Virus record (IMG/VR): IMGVR_UViG_3300020420_000019
Location: 1-52,972 of that record
DNA length: 52,972 bases
DNA from: a virus
Lineage: Duplodnaviria; Caudoviricetes
Direction: 5' to 3' (one strand)
Shown here: piece by piece, positions 1 through 11,400 of the stretch
Position numbering within the stretch: position 1 is the stretch's first letter
Layout: each line of letters opens with the position of its first letter
Notes under the pieces: generated by a model
What the model was told of the DNA's origin: nothing
The model's database searches: none
What the model saw: the letters and a program-made list of their open reading frames with translations, nothing else
Program-made: the position numbers and the translations under genes

Positions 1-3000
1 AATACTTTAAAACCAGATGCTTTTATACCTAGAGTTCTTACTATTGCTGATTATTCAACTATTGTAGATGTTAGAGTATCATTTGGTGGTAGAGCATATA
101 TTACTGCACCTCAACTTGTTATATTTGATAAAGGAACAGGTGAAGTTGTAGAAAGTGGACTTATAACTTGTGATTTAAGTGATTCTGCTGTTACCAGTGC
201 AACTATTAGTGTGCCACCTTCGGGATTGTCTGAAAATGAATTTGGAGTAGTACCTACAAGAAATAGTAATGGTATTGCAGTATTAGAAGCATTTGCCGAT
301 GCAGGTATATTAACATGTAAGATATCCACTCCAATTTTAGGATATAAGAAAGAACCCATTGCAATTGGAGATTCTATATTCTTAGAAGGTATTACCTCTT
401 ATGATGGCACTGGATATAACTCTGCAGACTATAAATTTACACCATTTAGAGTTAGTGATTATAACAATGCAACAAACCCAAGACAGGTTACTTTTGACTA
501 TACTGGTTTTACTACAAATCCAGGTATAGGTGTAACTGCAATATATGGATTTGGTAATATAACTAAGTTTGAAAATCTTGCAACATTTGTTGTTACTAAG
601 GGATTCTCAACATTTGTCCAGAATGAGAAGTTTAAGAGAAATACTAATCCTTTTGCTGATGTTAGATTAGACTTTGTTAATGTCAATACTGCTAATATTA
701 TTGTTAGTGGTGCTGAAGATTTAGAAGTTGGAGATATTTTAATTGGTAAATTGAGTGGATCATCTGCTAGAATTACTGGAGTAGAGGAATTTGATGGTAA
801 TTTCAATATACAGGCATCTGTTAAAACAACAGTTGGTTGGAGAGATAATGTTGGATTGATCAATGATACAAACCAAGTATTACCAGATAACGACTATTAT
901 CAGAATTTATCATATGCTATTGAGAGTCCTAAGACATATGAAGACTTAATTACCTATGTTAATGATATTGTACACCCAACAGGTCTTAAAAACTTTGCTA
1001 ACACTGAGATTATAACAGATGCACAATTACCAGGTTACAAGAGTGTAGGTGAAACATTTACTCCTGCCGAGGATAAAGGTGGATTAGTATTAGACTTTAT
1101 CAACGAACCACTCAGAGTTGATGCAATATATCCTGCTGATCTAGGAAGAGACTTCCAATCACAAGATAATATATCCAAGTTTATAGAACTTAGAAGCACT
1201 AGACTTGCTGATTTCATATTGAATAAGACAAACAGAGTTTTATCTCATGATGATATTAGTCCTCAGTTTGTGTCTAATGATTCTAATGATCTAAGTCCTT
1301 ATAGAATTGTTGCTACTTATCCTGCTCCTAGAAAATTCCAAAGATTCTTTACTCAAACTGTTCATCAAGCAGAAGATCCTGCAAAAAATCAATATCAATT
1401 AAATGAGTTTATTTCATTAACTGTTGGTCAAGATACATTCTTACTACAAAAATATGAAGATAAAAATTATGATCAACTAGGTTTCTCAACAAGTTATGTT
1501 CAATTTGACACTAGTTATGCGTCTAATGCTACAGATCTAATAATAAGACCTAATGAACCATTTGACACTGACTACGAAGTTAAAACTTTCCAATCAAACT
1601 TCTCAGATACTATTGGAGTGGGAACCACTGCATTTGGTCATATTAGATTAGAATCGTCAGTTAGCACAGTAGGTGGAGCAAATACATTAGGAGTTGCTCT
1701 TACAAGTAATGTTCTTGGTGTTTCTACAATAACAACCGAAGCTGCTGTAGTGCAATTTGTTGTAAGTGACCTATCAACTAATCAAGTTGATTACTTTGAA
1801 TATGCAGCAATGCATAATGGTTCTGACACATATCTAACAGAATTAGCAGCATTTAACTCAAAACAAAATTTAAGTGGTTTATCATCACCTGAGTTTATTG
1901 GAACTATCACTTCTCAGATAGATGGTGGTTTATTAAAGTTCGATTTCTTGAATGGAAGTCAGAATACAGTAGAAGTCAAGTCTAAAATGATTGCTGTAGA
2001 TCCTTCAGTGGTAGGAGCTACAACAAATTACAGATTTAAGAATACTACATTTGACCCAGATGGAACTGAAAGAACTGCAAGATTAGAAGTTACAAGTCAA
2101 GCAAAAGCAGGTATTGCTACTGTTTGCGGTATTGCTAGTATTAGAGATTTATCTGTTAAGTCTACAATCCATGTTGCAATAGGTGATACACAATCTATCC
2201 ATCAAATATACTTATTAACTGATCCATATAATCAACAAAACTTTATAACTGAGTATCCATTAGCGTCTGTTGGTGCTACAATGGGAATTGGTACATTTGG
2301 ATCTACTTACAGACCTGATGGTCATATCAATCTTGAGTTCCATCCATCAGTTTCTGGTATAGTTAGTGTCAGTGCATATAATGAAATCTTATACAAAGAC
2401 GAAGATCCTAATGGTTTACTAGCAGGTGTTGGTGAACTTTCCTATGGATCTGCTTTTGAGAGCGTTGCACAAACCAAATACTTAGGAATAAACAATAGAG
2501 ATAGCAGATCATTTGCGATAAAGCATCAAGGAGTTCCAATATATGCACAAGAAACCAATATTGCTGATCCTAATGCTCTTGATAGAGTTACAGGTACATT
2601 TAAGCAACAGCACTTCTTCCAGACTTTTGAGCAACTAGTATACAAACCAGATTCAAACCTAATAGGTATTGGCGGTACTGCTCTTGTATATCAGACAGGT
2701 GCAGGTGTAACTGGTTATCTTCCTGATCTTGTTTTTGCGATAAAGGACAATGAGGAAGAATATAGAATAGCATTAACAAAAAATGACGCAATATCAGGTG
2801 CTGCAGTAACATTCTTACCTGGTTCTGGTGCGGGTAATAAACATAGATTCTCGATGGCAAAGAGAGATTCTAAGTCAATGGTGACTATTAGCGGTCTTGT
2901 TCAGAAACCAATAACTTATACATCGGTTAACTACGATTTACAAGTGCCTGTTGCAGGATTTGTCACCGCATTTGTATTAAGTGGTATTGGATCAATCTTA

Positions 3001-6000
3001 TCTGGAGATCTTATTAGAATAGAAGATGAATATTCTATTGTAAGAAATGTTGGTGTAGGTACAACTAGTTTAGGTCCTGCTGTTGGTATAGGAACTTGGA
3101 GTCTAGTTGAAGTAGAAAGAGGTGCAGTTGGTACTGCTGCTACTCCACACGCTGCAGGACAACCTGCTAGGATCTTTAGAGGGTCATTCCAGATATTAGA
3201 TAGTAATATACACTTTACACAAGCACCTCTTGGTGGTGATTTAGGTTTACTTAATCCTGGCAACTTACCATATCCTAGAGCAACCTTTGGTGGAAGAACA
3301 TTCCTAAGACAAGATTATCTTAAGAATCAATTATTTGATGACATATCAAACTCATTCGATGGATTAGAGACTACCTATCCATTAACATCTGTTGGTGGAG
3401 CAGTTACTGGTATTGGAACCACAGGTGGTAACGGTGTATTATTCATCAATAATATATTCCAAGCACCATTTAGTGAAAATAATACTGATGCAAACTTTAA
3501 AATTATAGAAAATGCGGGAATTGCTTCAGTTCAATTTACTGGTGTTAGTTCGGAAGGATTTACGACACCGATAATAGACATTGGTGATGTTAACGAGAAC
3601 CAATTACCGAGAGGTGGAATTATTATATCTGCAGGATCTACGCCAGGTAGAGGTTATGCTCCTTTTGTTGGTGCAAAAGTAGTTCCTCAATTAGATTCTA
3701 GCGGTACTATCACAGGTGTTATTGGTATTCCTACATCAGAAGGTACAGGATTCCAGATCAGCACCGCACAGTATAATAATGTAACTGGTATATTATCAGT
3801 AACAACCGCAACAAATCACGGTCTTACTATTGATGATCAAATAAAACTCGTTGGATTATACTTTACATGTCCTAAAGATGATGTAGGAACACCCACAAAC
3901 TTTGTGTACAATCCTGCAACTGGCATATCAACAGTTACTTTGAACAATCATGGATTGGCAAATGGTGACTCAATTAGTTTCAGAGCTAACTCATTGACAC
4001 TTAGTTGTACAATGGGAACTGGTAATAAGACATATCCTCGTCCAACTGATCCTCTTGCAGGTAACGGTCAGTATCTAACAGTGTCTAATGTCACTACAAA
4101 CACCTTCAGAGTTAATGTAGGTGCTGCAGGTAGTAATGTTTATTGGAATCCTTCGGATGCAGACTATGATCCTAATGCAGGTATCATGACAGTAACCATT
4201 GGTACACATGATCTATATGTTGGAAAAGGTGTTGTAATACCAGATAATACATTTACATTTACTTGTTTGCAAGATGGTAACACTGCACAGAAGACATATC
4301 CTCGTGCAACTGATCCAGTATCGGGTGCATCTATTGATGTTGTCGCAGTTGGAACAGCAACAGCAAATATATCTACCGCAATTTACGATCCTACAGCAGG
4401 TATTTTAACAGCAACCTCTGCAGGTCATAACCTTATGGTTGGTAATAGAATACAAATTGCGGGTAATTCTCTAACATTTACATGTAGTAAAGATAACCAC
4501 GCAACTTATCATCCATATCCTAGACTAGGTGACCCAATAAGAGACAAATGGGTTGCGGTAGCAAGTACAACAGTTAATACATTCTCTATTGATGTAGGAT
4601 CATCTAGTGGATTGTATCCTCATTATGATGCAAGTGATCATTTACTATACTCTGTTGCTACGGGTGCGTTGATAAAACAAACGGGAACTATAGATCTTAA
4701 TGTTGGTACTGGAGGAACTGGAACATCTGCACATACATTTGTTAGTGCTGCTACAAGTTCAGTTCAGCATTTACCACAATCTGCACATACATTTGTATCA
4801 GCAGCAACTAATGCAGTTCAAACTCTTAACTATGTTGGTGTTACTACTAACATCTTCCCTGACTATGATCAGTCAACTGACATAACACAAATTATATCAC
4901 CTACAATATTCAATACTTTTGTAGGACCTAGCACTATTCCTCACATATACAACGGTGGTGGATCACCTTATGCATTCAAGTATTTGGATGATTTAACATT
5001 TGGTTCTGGTTATAATCAACTTTTAGGAACTGTATCAATTGGTGTATCTGATCCACTTGCAGGATCAGGAGCAACTATTACAGCAACTGTTGGTGCAGGT
5101 GGTTCATTAATCTTTAGTGTTGATCATGCAGGTGCAGGATATACTAGTGGCACACAATTATTTGCTCCTGATCCTAATGGATCTAATTTAGCAATCGCAG
5201 GTCTTTACAGATTAGGACTTGGTAATACTACAACTACAGGTGTAGGTGCTTCTATTACTGTGGATATTATTGGAGTAAGCACAAACACAGGTGCAGGTTC
5301 TACACTATTTGAAGTTTCTAAATGGGAATTTAGCAAACCTGGTTATGGATTTAAGATAGGTGACAAATTCACATTAGCTGGATTATCAACTGATCCTACT
5401 GCAGGTGATGACTTTATGCCATTTGAAATAACAGTTTCTAATATATTCAATGATGATATTTCTGCATGGCAGTTTGGACAACTAGATTACATTGATAATA
5501 TCAAACCATTCCAAAATGGAAGAGACAAGAGATTCCCACTTTACTATCAAAACCAATTAGTCAGTTTTGAAAGAGATCTTGATGATCCACAATCTAGACT
5601 TATACAGTTAGATTCTGTTCTACTGATATTTGTAAATGGTGTTTTACAAGAACCTGGCGTAAACTATGAGTTTGAAGGTGGAACATCCATATCATTTGAC
5701 TCTGCACCAACAGATGAAGATGATGTGTTTATATTCTTCTACAGAGGAACAGTTGGTCAAGATAGTTTCATATTTGATGTTAATGAAACTATTAAAGAAG
5801 GTGACATACTAGAATTGTTCAAGAGTGCAGAACTTGAACTTAATAATGTCGTCAGAGACACAACCAACTTTGCACAAAGAGATGAAAGAGTAATTCAAAG
5901 AATTGCAACAGCATCTATTGTTGAGACACCGTTCTATCAAGGTAGTGGTGTTAATAACAATGACTTTAAACCTGTAAGATGGACTAAACAAAAACAAGAT

Positions 6001-6807
6001 ATTGAATATGGTGGTGGACTAATTCCTAAAGCAAGAGATCAATATGAAGCACAAATAACACCTATTTGTAATGTCTTAGCATCTATTGCCTCTACTGACA
6101 CATTCTTGTTTACTAATCACACAGAACGCTTTAGAGATCTTGACGGTAACTTAGCAGATGCGTTTAGTTTATTTGTACATGCCTCTAATGTAGGATTTGG
6201 AACTACTGCACAGGCAGGTGTTAATTATGAGGTTTGGGGTGACATTGATCCATTGAATACTGATGTTAAAGGATATACTGGTTTAATTACTGGTATAACA
6301 ACATCAGCAGGTATTGGAACTGATCTTGGTCTTGTATTACAATTAGATACTAACAATCTAATTAATGAATTTAATTCATCTTATGTACAAGATCTAGAGG
6401 CAGGTTATCCAATCCAAGTTTATGGATCAGGACTACAACCTGTTGCAGGTGTGATTACCAGTATTGATAGTCATGATTCCGATATAGTTGGTATCAGCAC
6501 CTTTGATGTGGACAATATATACTATGTCTCTGCGATATCTTGGGATGGTAGTTCTAGAACAGGTGTTATTACATGTAATATACACTCTGGAACTGATGTA
6601 AGTGGACTAGTTGGTGTTGGTTCAACACTACATCCTGCAGCAAGGTTAACATGGGGAAGATTCTCTTCTGCATTGAGAAGTGTACCATATCCTCTCAACA
6701 TCTCTGTTAAAGGTTTGAATTATAATCATGACCTAGACGAATGGCCAACCGCCAAGCGTATGAACATTGGGTTGCGTAATACTGGAGCACTCAATAAAAC
6801 CTTATAA
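1..6807 (+). CDS. gp7: Giant baseplate wedge protein, gp7-like (5'-truncated by window edge)
   Basis: Frame 1 is open from base 1 (NTLKPDAFIPRVL...), so 211 is not the true start. Motifs DNDYYQNLSYAIES and IVHPTGLKNF are typical of cyanophage wedge proteins. Lies directly upstream of gp8. Confidence 0.8.
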   Translation, partial: NTLKPDAFIPRVLTIADYSTIVDVRVSFGGRAYITAPQLVIFDKGTGEVVESGLITCDLSDSAVTSATISVPPSGLSENEFGVVPTRNSNGIAVLEAFADAGILTCKISTPILGYKKEPIAIGDSIFLEGITSYDGTGYNSADYKFTPFRVSDYNNATNPRQVTFDYTGFTTNPGIGVTAIYGFGNITKFENLATFVVTKGFSTFVQNEKFKRNTNPFADVRLDFVNVNTANIIVSGAEDLEVGDILIGKLSGSSARITGVEEFDGNFNIQASVKTTVGWRDNVGLINDTNQVLPDNDYYQNLSYAIESPKTYEDLITYVNDIVHPTGLKNFANTEIITDAQLPGYKSVGETFTPAEDKGGLVLDFINEPLRVDAIYPADLGRDFQSQDNISKFIELRSTRLADFILNKTNRVLSHDDISPQFVSNDSNDLSPYRIVATYPAPRKFQRFFTQTVHQAEDPAKNQYQLNEFISLTVGQDTFLLQKYEDKNYDQLGFSTSYVQFDTSYASNATDLIIRPNEPFDTDYEVKTFQSNFSDTIGVGTTAFGHIRLESSVSTVGGANTLGVALTSNVLGVSTITTEAAVVQFVVSDLSTNQVDYFEYAAMHNGSDTYLTELAAFNSKQNLSGLSSPEFIGTITSQIDGGLLKFDFLNGSQNTVEVKSKMIAVDPSVVGATTNYRFKNTTFDPDGTERTARLEVTSQAKAGIATVCGIASIRDLSVKSTIHVAIGDTQSIHQIYLLTDPYNQQNFITEYPLASVGATMGIGTFGSTYRPDGHINLEFHPSVSGIVSVSAYNEILYKDEDPNGLLAGVGELSYGSAFESVAQTKYLGINNRDSRSFAIKHQGVPIYAQETNIADPNALDRVTGTFKQQHFFQTFEQLVYKPDSNLIGIGGTALVYQTGAGVTGYLPDLVFAIKDNEEEYRIALTKNDAISGAAVTFLPGSGAGNKHRFSMAKRDSKSMVTISGLVQKPITYTSVNYDLQVPVAGFVTAFVLSGIGSILSGDLIRIEDEYSIVRNVGVGTTSLGPAVGIGTWSLVEVERGAVGTAATPHAAGQPARIFRGSFQILDSNIHFTQAPLGGDLGLLNPGNLPYPRATFGGRTFLRQDYLKNQLFDDISNSFDGLETTYPLTSVGGAVTGIGTTGGNGVLFINNIFQAPFSENNTDANFKIIENAGIASVQFTGVSSEGFTTPIIDIGDVNENQLPRGGIIISAGSTPGRGYAPFVGAKVVPQLDSSGTITGVIGIPTSEGTGFQISTAQYNNVTGILSVTTATNHGLTIDDQIKLVGLYFTCPKDDVGTPTNFVYNPATGISTVTLNNHGLANGDSISFRANSLTLSCTMGTGNKTYPRPTDPLAGNGQYLTVSNVTTNTFRVNVGAAGSNVYWNPSDADYDPNAGIMTVTIGTHDLYVGKGVVIPDNTFTFTCLQDGNTAQKTYPRATDPVSGASIDVVAVGTATANISTAIYDPTAGILTATSAGHNLMVGNRIQIAGNSLTFTCSKDNHATYHPYPRLGDPIRDKWVAVASTTVNTFSIDVGSSSGLYPHYDASDHLLYSVATGALIKQTGTIDLNVGTGGTGTSAHTFVSAATSSVQHLPQSAHTFVSAATNAVQTLNYVGVTTNIFPDYDQSTDITQIISPTIFNTFVGPSTIPHIYNGGGSPYAFKYLDDLTFGSGYNQLLGTVSIGVSDPLAGSGATITATVGAGGSLIFSVDHAGAGYTSGTQLFAPDPNGSNLAIAGLYRLGLGNTTTTGVGASITVDIIGVSTNTGAGSTLFEVSKWEFSKPGYGFKIGDKFTLAGLSTDPTAGDDFMPFEITVSNIFNDDISAWQFGQLDYIDNIKPFQNGRDKRFPLYYQNQLVSFERDLDDPQSRLIQLDSVLLIFVNGVLQEPGVNYEFEGGTSISFDSAPTDEDDVFIFFYRGTVGQDSFIFDVNETIKEGDILELFKSAELELNNVVRDTTNFAQRDERVIQRIATASIVETPFYQGSGVNNNDFKPVRWTKQKQDIEYGGGLIPKARDQYEAQITPICNVLASIASTDTFLFTNHTERFRDLDGNLADAFSLFVHASNVGFGTTAQAGVNYEVWGDIDPLNTDVKGYTGLITGITTSAGIGTDLGLVLQLDTNNLINEFNSSYVQDLEAGYPIQVYGSGLQPVAGVITSIDSHDSDIVGISTFDVDNIYYVSAISWDGSSRTGVITCNIHSGTDVSGLVGVGSTLHPAARLTWGRFSSALRSVPYPLNISVKGLNYNHDLDEWPTAKRMNIGLRNTGALNKTL
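3757..4962 (+). repeat. Four homologous beta-rich modules in gp7 (Y[DN]PxxG...H[GDN]L...F/LTC...YPRxxDP; HTFVSA)
   Basis: Protein repeats KTYPRPTDP/KTYPRATDP/HPYPRLGDP and SAHTFVSAA x2. DNA repeats 4027-4052 vs 4291-4316 (1 mismatch) and 4725-4742 vs 4779-4796 (exact 18 nt). Confidence 0.85.
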
Positions 6808-6810
6808 ATA
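6803..6810 (+). promoter_or_regulatory. T4-type late promoter TATAAATA
   Basis: Exact gp55 consensus about 35 nt upstream of gp8. Confidence 0.8.
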
Positions 6811-6845
6811 TCAAAATAGTAAGACCCTTTTTATAGAATATTGCA

Positions 6846-8423
6846 ATGGCAGCAATTATAACCGATCAATTTAGGATTATCAACGCTAATAACTTCATGG
6901 ATGATGTTACTAGTGGGGATAACTCTTACTATGCTTTTCTTGGATTAGCAAATCCTACAGTATCGGGATTCGGACGCACAGATACTTGGAATAGCACAGT
7001 TGTTCAACCACCATCACCCGTAGATAGTATCAATTATAATAATCATGTATATGATACTATGTTATTTGGAAGAAAGATATTTCCTGGCGATGTAAGAAGA
7101 TTAATTAGAAAGGTGAATTGGACAAAGGGTACATCATATGATATGTACCGTCATGATTATAGCACAACAAATCGTTCTTTGGTTTCTAACTCTAGTAGAT
7201 TATATTCATCAAGTTATTATGTTATGAACAAAGACTATAGAGTCTATGTTTGTATTAATAATGGATCTGCAGGTATAACTACGATTGCTAGTGCATCATT
7301 AGATGAACCTGGTTTTACTGACTTAGAACCATCTTCTGCAGGTGTAAGTGGTGATGGTTATCTTTGGAAGTACATGTTTACTGTGCCTCCTGCTGATATT
7401 GTAAAATTTGACTCTACTGAATATGTTGCTGTTCCTAACGATTGGGAGACAACAACTAATGCAGATGTGAAAGTTGTTAGAGATAATGGAGATTCAACTG
7501 TTAATAATAACCAGATAAAGGTTGTATCTATAGATGATCCTGGCAGAGGATATAATTTCCTTTCTAGTCCTGTAGAAGTTGATATACTAGGTGATGGGTC
7601 TGGAGGAAAAGTAAGAATCTTAACCAATACAAATGGTGAGATTATACAAGCACAAGTAACTCAAGGAGGGCAAGGTTACAGTTATGGGCGTGTTGATCTA
7701 TCTTCTATTAATACTAATGTTTCAACTAATGGTAGGTTCGCCAAATTAAGTCCTATTATACCACCAACTCTAGGGCATGGATTCAATGCTTATAAAGAGT
7801 TAGGAACTGATAAGGTTTTAATATACACTAGATTTGACGCATCTTCTTATGACTTTGTACCTGATACAATATTTGGTCAGGTTGGACTAGTTAGAAATCC
7901 TCAAGCAGTTGGTGCTTCTGGAACTACTTTCCTACAAACATCAGAATTTTCTGCACTAAAATCTATTAAATTTACAGGAGACACTTCACAGGCTCTTGGT
8001 ATTGGTACAGTTATAGAACAAAATATAACTGGTGTAGGAACTGCTAGAGGTTATGTTGCATCTTATGATATTGATACTCAGGTAATCAAATATTTTCAAG
8101 ATAGAACATTATCATTTACAAATAAGTATGATCCAACTGATAGTGCAGATGTTGCTAACCAAACTCCAGTCTTAGAATTTACATCAACTGCAAATGCTGT
8201 TACTAGTACCGCATTTAGTGTTAATGTAGATACAACCTTCAGTGGTATATCCACTGTAACCCCTGCAGGTAAGACTGTTGACTTAGGAGTTCAGTTTACA
8301 AATGGACTTGCAGATGCTGAGATAAATAAACGCAGTGGAGATTTAATTTATCTTGACAACAGACCCTCTATTACAAGAAATGAGCGTCAAAAAGAAGACA
8401 TTAAAATAGTATTAGAGTTCTAA
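6846..8423 (+). CDS. gp8: Baseplate wedge subunit gp8
   Basis: MAAIITDQFRI start, YDMYRHDY, DGYLWKYMF and C-terminal RQKEDIKIVLEF, all typical of cyanophage gp8. Synteny agrees. Confidence 0.9.
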   Translation: MAAIITDQFRIINANNFMDDVTSGDNSYYAFLGLANPTVSGFGRTDTWNSTVVQPPSPVDSINYNNHVYDTMLFGRKIFPGDVRRLIRKVNWTKGTSYDMYRHDYSTTNRSLVSNSSRLYSSSYYVMNKDYRVYVCINNGSAGITTIASASLDEPGFTDLEPSSAGVSGDGYLWKYMFTVPPADIVKFDSTEYVAVPNDWETTTNADVKVVRDNGDSTVNNNQIKVVSIDDPGRGYNFLSSPVEVDILGDGSGGKVRILTNTNGEIIQAQVTQGGQGYSYGRVDLSSINTNVSTNGRFAKLSPIIPPTLGHGFNAYKELGTDKVLIYTRFDASSYDFVPDTIFGQVGLVRNPQAVGASGTTFLQTSEFSALKSIKFTGDTSQALGIGTVIEQNITGVGTARGYVASYDIDTQVIKYFQDRTLSFTNKYDPTDSADVANQTPVLEFTSTANAVTSTAFSVNVDTTFSGISTVTPAGKTVDLGVQFTNGLADAEINKRSGDLIYLDNRPSITRNERQKEDIKIVLEF

Positions 8424-8427
8424 AAAG

Positions 8428-11400
8428 ATGCCACAGCAGACCAATCTAAACATAAGTCCTTATTACGACGACTTTGACAGAACCAAGAATTTTCATAGAG
8501 TTCTTTTCAAACCAGGTTTTCCAGTACAGGCTCGTGAACTTACAACCATGCAGTCTATTCTGCAAAATCAGGTTGAACAGTTTGGTAGTCATATATTTAA
8601 AGAAGGATCTGTTGTAGTACCTGGCGGTATCACTTTTGATCCAGAATATTTTGCAGTTCAATTAGATGGAACTCACTTAGGAACTGATGTCGAAGTATAT
8701 CTAGGTGCACTTAAAGGTAAAAAGATAAAGGGTCAAAGTTCTGGTGTAGTAGCAAAGGTAATTAATTGTATAACTGCATCAGCGTCTAATAACAATAATC
8801 CAACATTATATGTAAAATATATCTCACCAGGTCCTAGTGGATCTTTTGACTTTTTTGATAATTCAGAGTTGCTTATATTAGAAGACTCAGTAACTTATGG
8901 TAATACAACATTAAACTTAGGATCTTCCATAGCATCAACTATTACTGTAGATGCATGTCTAACAGGATCAGCAGCAAGTATAGCAAGTGGTGTTTATTTT
9001 GTAAGAGGTAGTTTCGTTAGAGTTAACGAACAAACACTTATATTAGATCAATATACAAATGATAGCACATACAGAGTAGGTTTGCAAGTTGTTGAGACAG
9101 AAGTTGCTGCAAAAGAAGATAACTCTCTATATGATAATGCAAAAGGATTTTCTAACTTTGCTGCACCAGGTGCTGACAGATTAAAAATAGAATTAATTCT
9201 TGCTAAGAAACCAGTAACTGATTTTGATGATACTGACTTTATAGAAGTTGTTAGAGTCAGAGAAGGAACTATTGAGAAAGAAAATAATAACAATTCACAA
9301 TATAATTTAATTCTAGATTATCTTGCAAAAAGAACTCATGACGAATCTGGAGATTATGCATTAAAACCATTCATAGTTGATGTACAAGAAAGTTTAAATG
9401 ATCGTCAAGGAAGTGGTGGTGTTTATTTTGAGAATGAAGTTACAAGAGAAGGAAGAGAACCAAATGATGATATAACTGCTCTTAAAATATCACCAGGCAC
9501 TGCATATGTAAAAGGATATGAGTTCTCTACACAGGGAGAGATAATTGATTGTCCTAAAGCAAGATTTCTAGCAGAAGAATTTATTGAACAATCATTTACA
9601 TTTAGATTAGGAAATAAACTTGTAGTACAGGATGTTAATGGTAATCCTACACAAGGATCTAAGATTGATTTACAAAGTGGTATTAGTAGTTCAATAGTTG
9701 GATCTGCAAAGGTATATAATTTTGCGTTATCAGATGCAAAATATAAAGACAATTCAACTGAGTTTGATTTACATTTATTTGATGTACAATTATTCAATAC
9801 TGTAGAATTGAATGAGTATGCTACATGGCCAAAATCAATTACTATTGAAGGTAATGAGAGTGGTGCTAGAGGTATTGCTATTGCTGCAGGAACTGCTAGT
9901 AGTTCTATAACAGTATCAAATGTATCTGGTAGATTTTTAGATGGAGAGCAAATTATATTTACCAATGATTATAATTTAACAAGATCTGCACTTAAAGTAA
10001 TTAGATATGATATTAATAATGTAGAGAATCTATCACAAACTGGATTCTATGCTAAGAAAAAATTATTCAATGTACTACCTGTAGGATTTGATAAGACTGA
10101 TCCTGTTCAGATTGCCACTAATGGAACTGTCACATGTCCTGGCAAAACATTTGAGGTATTCAGACCTGGTCAAATTATAACATATACAGTGCCTGGTGCA
10201 TCTTTACCTAGTCGTAATGTTATATCTGAAGTTAATGCAGATGGTAGTGATATGAAACTAGCTGCATTGACATCAGTTCCATTAATATTTAATGGAGCTT
10301 TACCTAGTGGTACATATACAGGTGCAATATTCTTAGGTCAACAACAGTTATCTAAAGAAGATAATTCTGGATTATATTTACCATTTCCTAAGAGCACTAT
10401 TGGTGAAGTAGATCTTACTGATGCAGAACTATTATTAAGTGATCAAGTAACTAACGAATCTACAGATGCCAATGGAGTATTAGTTGTAAACACTAGTGCT
10501 TTAAGTCTTAATGATGTTACTTTTGTAGCATTCGACCAAGAGAGATATCAAGTAACTTATAGTGATGGAACAATTGCAACGATAGACGATTCTCAAGTTG
10601 TCATAACAAGTGACACATTAACAATCAATAACTTACAATTTAGTGAGACTGGTGTAGAGGTTAATGTAACTGTTGTTAAGAGTAATATAAGAAGTAAAGT
10701 AAAAGAATTTAAAAAGAGTCAGTCAGTTACTATAACAAGATCTTCTAATGCTGCATCTGGTTCTAATTCTAATATTAGTCTTAATGATGGATTAACAAAT
10801 TCAGCACTCTATGGTTTAAGGGTACAAGATGCCGATATATCTTTAAATTGTCCTGATGCAGTAAATGTAGTTTGTATCTATGAATCATTAGATGCAAATG
10901 CTCCAATATTTGATAAGTTAGCATTTACATCAACTGATCCTATTTTCCAGAATGCTATTGTTGGTGAAAATATAATTGGTGAGACATCAAATGCTGTTGC
11001 CAGAATTGTAGAAGTTGATGCAGGTAATAGTAATATTAGTATTGTATATCAAACTATTGATAAATTTACTCTACTTGAGAATTTAACATTTAGTGAATCT
11101 AACTCTACTGCAGTATTACAAAATATTATTAATGGTAAGTTTAAAGATATTACCGATAGTTATCTTTTAGATAAAGGTCAGAAAGAACAATATTATGGAT
11201 ATTCTTTTATATCAAGACTTAATGATAATTATATACCAACAAAACAAATTACAGTTGTATTTGATAAGTATGATATTCCAGCTACAGATACTGGAGATGT
11301 ATTTACTGTTGCTAGTTATGACCCAGAAAGATTTACTAAAGATGTCCCTGAGATTGGTATAGGTAGAAAAAGAGCAACTGACACTCTTGATTTTAGACCT

